A DNA stretch of 64,000 bases from Macrostomum lignano (lineage: Eukaryota). Where the stretch lies: the NCBI GenBank assembly GCA_002269645.1, contig NIVC01001458.1, positions 124,001-188,000 of the forward strand, read 5' to 3'. Shown one piece after another: positions 12,201 to 22,300 of the stretch (position 1 is the first letter of the stretch; every line of letters begins with the position of its first letter). The notes below the pieces were generated by a model. That model searched no databases. It was given only the letters and a program-made list of their open reading frames with translations, and had not been told where the DNA came from. The position numbers were made by a program, and so were the translations under genes.

Positions 12201-12490
12201 CGATTCTCATGAGTGTGTTTAAGAACCGATTCTCATGAGTGTGTTTAAGAACCGATTCTCATGAGTGTGTTTAAGAACCGATCATGAGTGTGTTTAAGAA
12301 CCGATTCTCATGAGTGTGTTTAAGAACCGATTCTCATGAGTGTGTTTAAGAACCGATTCTCATGAGTGTGTTTAAGAACTCATGAGTGTGTTTAAGAACC
12401 GATTCTCATGAGTGTGTTTAAGAACCGATTCTCATGAGTGTGTTTAAGAACCGATTCTCATGAGTGTGTTTAAGTTCTCATGACCGATTC
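9295..12490. repeat. 26-bp satellite (gattctcatgagtgtgtttaagaacc)n, about 120 copies
   Basis: Highly homogeneous head-to-tail array with no spacers, between two convergent 3' ends. Confidence 0.98.
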
Positions 12491-12811
12491 TCATCGAATG
12501 CAATAAAATTCGATTGAGTTGTTAGGAGAAAGGTTAGGGCTACAACACAGGGTCAGTAGTCATGGATAGAATTAATTTGAATAAAGATGAGCAAAGAAGA
12601 GCATAATTTTTATCATAGGATAATCATAGGATCATAAAGCACAAGTCAAAACAAATTAACAAAAAGGTGCAAATAGCAGCGGGAAGACAGGCAGACAGAC
12701 AGCGGGACAAAGACTACAAAAAACAGCCACAAAGACCAGCAAAGTTTAACAACAATTTGTGACCGAATTACCAGTCCAATACTTACTATATCATAGGAGT
12801 CAGAACAGTAA

Positions 12812-15800
12812 TTATTTAATATTAATTTGTCTGAGAGCAGCTTCCAAAGCTTCCTGGTTGCCAGAGAAATAGGCGGACACGGCGGATTGGAACAGACGCA
12901 ACTGCTTCTGCATCACTCGGATCTGAAATTTTGTGGCTGAGTAAATTAAATGAGTGAAGCCGTGTGAGTAACTATAATTAACCGTCTTTTAAACTCGAAA
13001 CTTTTCATAGCCACAAATTTAGTAATGGTTTTATTAACTACTCTACTTACAGTAGAAATATAGACAAAATACTTAAAATAATAATATAAACAATGCTAAC
13101 GCGTTATTGACTCGACTAGGGGTTGTAGCCTAGTGATTAGAGCGTCGGACTTGAGGGTCGGGGGTTCGATTTTCCGCCCACTCGGAACAATTTGTATCTT
13201 TGAGCAAGCCACTCAACTATACATTGCTTCAGTTTACCCATCTGTAAAATGGGTGCCAGCATTAGCTGAGGTAATTGAGGGTTTGTTGGCGACCCCCCCA
13301 TTCCTTGGACTGAACAGCCTCAAGCAGCCCTCAGATGCGCCGCGCAATAGCTGCGGCTGAGCTGTCGGTTGCACATCTGCCCATTAGGGCAGGTGTAATC
13401 AGTTATTATTATTATTATTATTAGTCAATAATAGTAATACCGAAGGCGTCCATGGAAGTTTAATATTCGGTTTTCGACACCAAAAATCCCAACTCAAACC
13501 TTGTTCTCATCCAGGAACTGCACTTTAATTCGAACGTCATGCCGTAATTGTTCGAATTTCTGCTGCCGAATTTCGTATTGCCGTTTGAGCTCCTCGGCTT
13601 TTGCAACTTCCGCGCCTGTCCGGCCGTGGCTGGGCCTCACGGACAGGGCGTCCAGGTCGCCGCGGTGGGCGTCGAACTCCACTCTGCCAGGTGGTGGAAT
13701 GGTGGGGAGCAGGGTGGTTTTGAACTTTTTTACACAACCTAGGGGTTTTCCCAGACCTCGCCTTCAGGTTCCAAGTTTTGGGCTGGTGCTACAACCTTGC
13801 TACAACCTAATTCTGCATCCTAATCCTACAGAATGGTTCCACATCCTGCTCATGCCATCATCTTGGTTCCACATGCTGGTTCCACATCCTGGTCATGCCT
13901 ACACCCTGGTTCCACATCCTGGGCATGCCTACACCCTGGTTCCACATCCTGGGCATGCCTACACCCTGGTTCCACATCCTGGGCATGCCTACACCCTGGT
14001 TCCACATCCTGGGCATGCCTACACCCTGGTTCCACATCCTGGGCATGCCTACACCCTGGTTCCACATCCTGGGCATGCCTACACCCTGGTTCCACATCCT
14101 GAGCATGCCTACACCCTGGTTCCACATCCTGGTCATGCCTACACCCTGGTTCCACATCCTGGTCATGCCTACACCTGGTTCCACATCCTGGTCATGCCTA
14201 CACCCTGGTTCCACATCCTGGTTCCACATCCTGGTCATGCCTACACCCTGGTTCCACATCCTGGGCATGCCATCATCCTGGTTCCACATCCTGGGCATGC
14301 CATCATCCTGGTTCCACATCCTGGGCATGCCATCATCCTGGTTCCACATCCTGAGCATGCCATCATCCTGGTCCCACATCCTGAGCATGCCATCATCCTG
14401 GTTCCATATTCTCGTTCCACAACCTGATTCTACTGCATACTCAGGTTTTACATTATTTTAAAATATATTATTCTTACATCCGGGACATGATTAGCGCCAA
14501 TCTCACCTGGCAAACTCGTAGGCGCTGACGGTGCGCAGCGCATCCTCGAAGGTTCTGTTAACCAGAGTCGACAGGGCCGTGCAAAACGCCTGCAACGCCA
14601 CCAGCAGTTGCTCGCCGCTGCGCTGCAATGCCCGCTGACTGTCGGCGCTCTGCTGAAAGTCGGTGGCGAGCGCCGGGGGCTCCTGGCGGGCCAAGTCAAG
14701 AAATGCATCGGCGAGGACTCGCTGGGTGTCGCACATGGCCTGGAGAGGAGCGGATGGCGTTAGTTAACAGTTTCCAGTGTTGGTGACTAAGGGTGAGACT
14801 TGGGGTGAGACTTGGTGTGACTAAGGGTGAGACTTGGGGTGACTAAGGGTGAGACTTGGGGTGACTAAGGTTTTGATTTGGGTTGACTAAGGGTGAGATT
14901 TGGGATAACTAAGGTTTTGATTTGGGTTGACTAAGGGTGAGATTTGGGATAGCTAAGGCTGAGATGATGACTAAGGGTGAGATTTGGGATAACTAAGGGT
15001 GAGATTTGGGATAACTAAGGGTGAGATTTGGGATAACTAAGGGTGAGATTTGGGATGACTAAGGGTAAGATTTAGGATGACTAAGGGTGAGATTTAGGAT
15101 AACTAAGGGTGAGATTTGGGATAACTAAGGGTGAGATTTGGGATAATTAAGGGTGAGACTTGGGATGACTAAGGGTGAGACTTGGGGTGACTAAGGGTTT
15201 GATTTGGGTTGACTAAGGGTGAGATTTAGGGTGACTGAGGGTAAGATTTGGGATAACTAAGGGTGAGATTTGGGATGACTAAGGGTGAGATTTGGGATAA
15301 CTAAGGGTGAGATTTGGGATAATTAAGGGTGAGATTTAGGATGACTAAGGGCGAGACTTGGGATGACTAAGGGTGAGACTTGGGGTGACCAAGGGTGAGA
15401 CTTGGGATGACTAAGGGTGAGACTTGGGGTGACTAAGGGTTTGATTTGGGTTGACTAAGGGTGAGATTTAGGGTGACTGAGGGTAAGATTTGGGATGACT
15501 AAGGGTGAGATTTGGGATAACTAAGGGTGAGACTTCGTATGACTAAGGGTGAGATTTTGGGTGAGTAAGGGTGAGATTTTGCATCAATAAGGGTGAGATT
15601 TCAGGTGACTATAAGGATGGAATTTACGATAATGAAAAGGTGTACATATTTGGTCCATAACACTAAACCTGAACAGGTAAGAAGAGCAAGACTGGAGTGA
15701 GTTGAGCAATAAGCAGCAGCAATACCTGAAAGTGCTTAGTCAGAGCTGAGGCCAAATTCAGCAGGGCCTCGTAGCGTCGACGCGACTCGCGAAGAGCGGC

Positions 15801-17265
15801 CACGGCCGCCTCGGTCTCCAGATCGGCTGTCCGGGTGGCCCGGCCGAGCCGTTCGGACACCAGCTGTAGGGTGCACTTGTAGGCGTTGTAGCCCCACTGC
15901 CGCACCGACTGCAGCGGCCACGGGCCGCCACCACCAACTGCGGCTCCGCTGCCGACACCACCGACTGTCTGCTGATGGCCCTCGGTAGGGGCCATGATCT
16001 TGCCGCTCGTGCCTGAAGGAGCAGGGATAGCTTGCCTGAGCACACACTGAAGGAGCAGGGATAGCTTGCCTGAGCACACACTGAAGGAGCAGGGATAGCT
16101 TGCCTGAGCACACACTGAAGGAGCAGGGATAGGTTGCCTGAGCACACACTGAAGGAGCAGAGATAGCTTGCCTGAGCACACACTGAAGGAGCAGGGATAG
16201 CTTGCCTGAGCACACACTGAAGGAGCAGAGATAGCTTGCCTGAGCACACACTGAAGGAGCAGGGATAGCTTGCCTAAGCACACACTGAAGGAGCAGAGAT
16301 AGCTTGCCTGAGCACACACTGAAGGAGCAGGGATAGCTTGCCTAGCACACACTGAAGAGCAGGGATAGCTTGCCTAGCACACACTGAAGGAGCAGGGATA
16401 GCTTGCCTGAGCACACACTGAAGGAGCAGGGATAGCTTGCCTAAGCACACACTGAATGAGCAGGGATAGCTTGCCTAAGCACACACTGAAGGAGCAGGGA
16501 TAGCTTGCCTGAGCACACACTGAAGGAGCAGGGATAGCTTGCCTGAGCACACACTGAAGGAGCAGGGATAGCTTGCCTGAGCACACACTGAAGGAGCAGG
16601 GATAGCTTGCCTAAGCACACACTGAAGGAGCAGAGATAGCTTGCCTGAGCACACACTGAAGGAGCAGGGATAGCTTGCCTGAGCACACACTGAAGGAGCA
16701 GGGATAGCTTGCCTGAGCACACACTGAAGGAGCAGGGATAGCTTGCCTAAGCACACACTGAAGGAGCAGGATAGCTTGCCTGAGCACACACTGAAGGAGC
16801 AGGGATAGCTTGCCTGAGCACACACTGAAGGAGCAGGGATAGCTTGCCTAAGCACACACTGAAGGAGCAGGGATAGCTTGCCTGAGCACACACTGAAGGA
16901 GCAGGGATAGCTTGCCTAAGCACACACTGAAGGAGCAGGGATAACTTGCCTGAGCACACACTGAAGGAGCAGGGATGGCTTGCCTAAGCACATACTAAAG
17001 GCGCAGGGGTAGCTCTAAAAAGTAGCTTTAAAAGTTGAAAACTTTTTTTCTTAGAAAACTTACCTAACTGCCGGCTAGCAGGTGGTAAGCCCATGGTTTG
17101 AATTTGCCTTCGATTCTCTGGACTAAGCTTATTGCCACTACCATCCAAGCTTACTGCTTTGCTTTCAAGAGATCGAACTGCCTCTTCAGCAGCTGGCACA
17201 GATGGTTGGTGATTTTCACCATTAACACTTAATTCCACTGATGATCCTTCTTGTTCACTGGTCAT
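12812..17265 (-). CDS. ARFIP2: Arfaptin (AH/N-BAR domain), 338 aa, 5 coding exons
   Basis: Exons 17265-17064, 16012-15726, 14739-14507, 13683-13500, 12922-12812 (sum 1017 nt) with canonical GT-AG and consistent phases. Peptides [82 protein letters not shown] match arfaptin-1/2. Single invertebrate orthologue; the symbol is approximate. Confidence 0.93.
13119..13423 (+). mobile_element. tRNA-derived SINE with a CORE-like central domain and (TTA)n tail
   Basis: A-box-like tagcctagtgattag, B-box-like ggttcgattttcc, CORE-like ctttgagcaagccactcaac...cagtttacccatctgtaaaatggg, 3' hairpin ctgccc-attag-ggcag, then (tta)7. Antisense within arfaptin intron 4. Confidence 0.8.
13830..14405. repeat. 30-bp minisatellite (ggttccacatcctgggcatgcctacaccct)
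   Basis: Tandem array in arfaptin intron 3. Confidence 0.95.
14780..15600. repeat. 22-bp minisatellite (ctaagggtgagatttgggataa)
   Basis: About 37 degenerate copies in arfaptin intron 2. Confidence 0.95.
16013..16990. repeat. 34-bp minisatellite (ctgaaggagcagggatagcttgcctgagcacaca)
   Basis: About 28 copies filling arfaptin intron 1; the terminal copy supplies the acceptor of exon 2. Confidence 0.97.
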
Positions 17266-19311
17266 GTTTTAGCAATTGCAGTCTATAAATAAATTATACT
17301 GAAAGGCAATTATGTTGAATTATAATTCATATATTCTAAGAAATATTATAAAAGTAAAGTACAAAAGTAATTGGATATATTTTTATCATTGTATAATATA
17401 CAAACTTTATTGGTTATATAAAATATATAGATATAGCTATAAGGCCTAGGTAACTTTTCTATAAAGTTAAAAGCAATAAAAGTATAATTTATGATCAAAA
17501 TTTTCTTTATAATAATTTTTTTTCAAGTATTAATTAATTGTACTATTACTTGTGCTATTTCAATGCCTTAAGAGATGTCTTTGGAATTCTTTAATACTAG
17601 CTATTATACCCCCCAGTAATAGTATGATTGTCATCATTAGTATAACAAAAAATTTGTTGGGAAGTAGATTCTAAAGGATAAAAGCTCAAAAAGGGGGGCT
17701 AAGAAGATGGATTTAAATTTTGGAAAAATGCACTTGGTCCCCACTTTTTTCAGGTCTTTGCTGAAAGAGAGGGGCAACATTCCTTAAAGTATCTTTGGTT
17801 GTTATTAACAGTATACTATACTTTCTATAAGCATTTCTTTTTAGTTTTATAACCGTTTTTACCACGATAAAATTTGAATTGGTTGAATAAGATTTAAGAT
17901 TGGTAAAAGTCACGTTATCGCTTACTTCTTCTAAAAGTTCACTAGGTCAGACGGGTTTATATTTGGTTCCTCTAATTTCTAAACAGATGGCTCTGGTAGT
18001 ACAATATAATTACCTTAATTTATCGGTAAATATCTAAAATATCACAGAAAAATATTCTATTTTGGTTCGTTTTATTATTTTACTGATTCTATGATACAAC
18101 AAATTCAGGTATAATTCAAACCAAAAAGCCAAAGAGTCAGCTCAGCTCTATTTTTCCTTGAAAATGAAAATCTTGAATGCATGCGGTATTGTTTTGCAAC
18201 GTAACAAAAAACTACAAAAAATTAACTCATTAAAAACTTATAAATTTGAAAAATAACACTATTTTTTCTTTTTTTTATGTTATTTTAGCTATCATTTATT
18301 TTTTTACTAAAAGCAATTAAATAGATTGATTATACATAAATGAAAAACATTCAACTTGAAGAATTCCAGTATTTAATTATTTTTCCCACGTGAAAAATGA
18401 AAAATACACCAAAATACCTGCATAGCAAACAACAATATTTTTACTAAATAAAGAAGACTCTTAAAGTTTCCTTATTTCCCCTCTTCCTTGAAGTTCTACT
18501 TTATTAATGTGACAAAAATGTTATTGTTAGGAGTTATAAAAGACTTCAAAATTCGAAGTGGTCAAGTGGATAAGTTTCTTAGTTTTTAACTCTCCAAATC
18601 ATTTGAATAAATATTGAAGTTATCAGCCATACGCTAGTTCGATAGAATAAGATTCGTATCTTTAACACCTTTTAATTTAAGTAAATGAGAAATAATTTTT
18701 ATATTTAAAAGCATGACATCTCTATCTAAGTCCATAATATTAACTAAATTGATAGTGAAAAAAGTTTTTAAATTTTCTACAGAAATTTTATTTTATTTTT
18801 TTATTTTTTTAAATCTGCTCTAATGCTTAATAGCATGGTGGATAAAATATTTCATTCGCTTTAAAGTTTGAAATAAAGTTTGAAGTTATCGAAGTATAAA
18901 CTTTGGATATTTGTTTGAATATGTAAAAAGAAATTAGTGATAGCAACTACATTGTATATTATCCATATGCAATGAAGTTTTGGCATAAGAATTGGATTAT
19001 AATTGATAGGCTTATAGCCCAAAAATGTTCTATGAACTAACAATTACTAAAAGGTTTTAGAATTTTATTTCTTTAGTACAAATATGTGCTCATACCATTT
19101 GTACTTTGCCCTAATCCTCATTATAATTGTAGTCTAAATATATAACTGATTTCTACTGGTTTATTACCCACTTTTTATTTATTTATTTATTCTAATTAAG
19201 AAATTATTGGCTACACCATAGGCATACTTTTCGATTAAGAATTTTTGTTCAAAAAGTAGACTTTAAAATATGCCTTTTACAAAAGTGAAAAATTGACTGA
19301 ACTTTCTGCCC
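17266..19311. promoter_or_regulatory. AT-rich divergent (head-to-head) promoter and 5' UTR region between arfaptin and the DHHC gene
   Basis: Lies between two divergent start codons. Acceptor-like tttatag about 20 nt upstream of the arfaptin ATG; minus-strand donor-like gtaagc near 17921-17926; CCAAT (attgg) near 17899. The TSS is not determinable from sequence. Confidence 0.5.
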
Positions 19312-22300
19312 ATGCCGGAGGGAAACTTTCTGACCCGGACGGTGGCCGATGTCTATCGGCTGGCCCAGAGCGAGCACCGCCGACGCAAGCGAGAGAAGCA
19401 GCGGCAGACCAACGGCGACGAGTCCGACAGCCTACAAGACGCGGCGCCTCCCGAGAATCTGTTCGATGCCGCCAAACGCGGCTGCGTCGATTTCATAGAA
19501 GCTCAGCTGGAGCGCGAAGGCCACTCGACTCTGTCCGAGCGGGATTCGGGCGGCCTCACCGCTGCTCACTGGGCCAGCCTGTCCGGCCAGCTCGGCGTCC
19601 TGCGCTTCCTGGCCGAACGCGGCGGCGTCGCCTGTTGCGACATGCCGGCAACTGGCAAGGAAGAGCTCGGCCAGCGGCCGCTGCACTGGGCCTGCGTCAA
19701 CGGCCACGTGCCCGTCATCGACTTCCTGCTTAGCCTGGGCGCCGATGCCAACACGCCGGACTCGGCGGGCGCCACTCCGCTGATTACCGCCTGCCAGCAC
19801 GCGCGAACCGTCGCGGCTGCCTTTCTGCTCACTCGCGGCGGTGCCCAGGCCGGCGCGGCCGACTGCGACGGCGACACGGCGTTGCACTGGGCGGCTTCGC
19901 GGGCCAACCCGGACCTGGTCCGCCTGCTGGTGCGCGCAGGCTGCGAACCGGGGCGCCGGGACCGGCACGGTCAGGCGCCGCTGCACCTCGCCTGCGCCGC
20001 CGGCCGGGCCGACGTCGCTCGCGACCTCTGCGAGTTGTACGGCGCCGATCCCCACGAGGTTGGTGAGGATGGCAACAAGTCAACCTTGGCTTTTGGAAGT
20101 GCTGCCCATCATTGTGGCAAACATTGTGGCCAGAGGAATGGGGGAGAGGAGAGGGAATAGAGGAGAAAGGAGAGAAGAAATAGGAGATGGAAGAGAAGAA
20201 AAAAGAAGAGAGAAGATTAAAGAAGACAGCTAAGAAGAGACACAAACCTTGAGCGGGCCGGATTGCCATTGTGAAGTTTCACAAGAGACCCGAAGACCGG
20301 ACAGAGAAGCTTCACGGGCCTGAGTTTGCCAACCCCTGACTTATAAAACCATCCTGCTGAATCTTACATACGCAGGCACCAATGTTGGGCGAGTTACTTT
20401 TAAAAAGTAACACGAATAGCAGCAGTAACGATTATTATTGACAAGAGAGTAACAAAAACTAAAAAAGTCACGATTAGTTACCGTTACTTTTAAAGTTATT
20501 TACTCAAAATGTTTTTCGAAGAAAGTAAGTTTTCTTTTGTTTACAAACTAAGAAAACTTGTCAGTTTTGTTGATGATTATCGCATTTCCAAATTTTTACA
20601 GTTTGTAATTACTTAATTGCAATTGTTTTTTTAAATAGCTGGAAACTATACTCAAGTAGTTAGGAAAGTAGTATATAAAGTAAGTTCTTATGACACAGCT
20701 GAGTGTACAATGAACCTCCCCCTGACTTGCTCATCATCAAATTTAGGTGCGACTGTTACTTGACATTTCCATTGCGTTAACTTGTGAACAAAACTCAAAT
20801 AACCTTTGCTGCATCTATACTGGTTTCTATAGTTCAGTCAGTCAGAATGAGAGCGAAGAGGAGAGAGGAGATAAAAAAGATGAGGAGAGCTGAGAAGGCC
20901 GGAGTTTGCAGACCCCTGATGTAGGAAATTCCTGCTTAGCCAAGCGAATCAAAAATGCTTTAACCAACCTTGGCCAAACCCCGCTACAGCCAGACGGCTC
21001 CGGTAGAACTCCATTCCAACTGGCCGCGGCAGGACGCCACGAAGATGTGGAACGCTGCCTACGCCGCCATCTGCTCAGCAGACATGCCGGGCAGGGTCAG
21101 CAGCCAGGCCGCCAACGCCAGCAAGGTCTGCTGGCCAGACTGACCGCTATTGGCAATGGCGGACCGGCTGTCTTCTTTGTGGCTTGTCTGGCTTGCTTCG
21201 GCTATCCGGTCTACTGGCTCCGCGTCCGGCCCTTGACCGCCGGCCTGCATCCGGGAGCTCACGCAGCCTTCCTGCTTGGCAACTGCGTCATGTGGCTGGC
21301 CTACTGCCTAGCCTGGCTAACTAATCCAGGCTACGTTGCTAAGGAGACCGCCGAATACAATCGGCTAATGCGACTGGCTGGCTCTACAGTGGCCGATATA
21401 GGCCTGTCCGGTATGGACAATCCGTTGGACAGGCTGTGCCACACCTGCAGAGCTGTGCGACCGCTCAGGTCTAAGCATTGTCGAGTGTGCGACCGCTGCG
21501 TCAGGGACATGGATCATCACTGTCCCTACGTGCGCAACTGCGTGGGTTCTGGCAATAGGTGAGTGTCTATTTCAGTTGTAGCTTGTACTGTGAATTAAAT
21601 GTCTGTCTGACTTAATGTCTCAGTGTCTTAACGTCTGTCTGACTTAATGTCTTAGTGTTTTAACGTCTGTCTGACTTAATGTCTTTGTGTCTTAACGTTT
21701 GTCTTTAATAATGTCTTAGTGTCTTAACGGCTGTCTGTCTTTATTAATTGATGGGTTCGACCTTTTTAAGCCTGTAGCTTCGGGCCTCAGAACTCAGAAA
21801 TGAATCACTTAAAGCTCTGCCCTCTCACTCCTGTCAGATGGTCAGCCCCGTGGTAGCAAGATTGTGGGCGAGCAGCAAGGTCCTATAGCTAAGAGAAGAC
21901 AGCGAGAGACAAGCAGGGAGAATTTGAAAGGTAGAGATTAGCTAATCCACAGATTAACCAACCCGCTGCCACCAGTCCGTGCGCCCCGGCTCACCAAACC
22001 GGAGCTATCGAAATCGGACTTCCGACTAGAGGGGCATTGCACTTACCTGCCATCTAGTGTCTTTTAGCTGTCTATCTCGAGGTCATAGCCGAATAGAAGG
22101 GACACTGCTGGGACTAAGATCGCATTGGCCATGCAGGGACAGAGAGGACTTTTGCAGGGGGTTCTTGCGCTGGCGAGCCTTTATACGCTACTTATATACG
22201 CTACTAAAAGTACTATTTCATTACCGAATTCCCAGAAGTACATGTACAAGTACACGTAACTGGCACTTGATGACACGTAAATGACACGTATTTTTGGCAC

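Noticed and set aside
9295-12490. CRISPR-like appearance of the 26-bp repeat with internal palindrome CTCATGAG
   Set aside because: Units are head-to-tail with no unique spacers, there are no cas genes, and the context is eukaryotic
14780-15600. Telomere-like (TTAGGG) interstitial repeat
   Set aside because: The unit is 22 bp with only occasional ttaggg; it is not a hexamer array
17280-19290. Possible mitochondrial insertion (NUMT) or AT-rich foreign DNA
   Set aside because: In the parts I translated I found no recognisable mitochondrial gene, rRNA or tRNA, and the AT-rich domain includes a correctly spliced arfaptin exon
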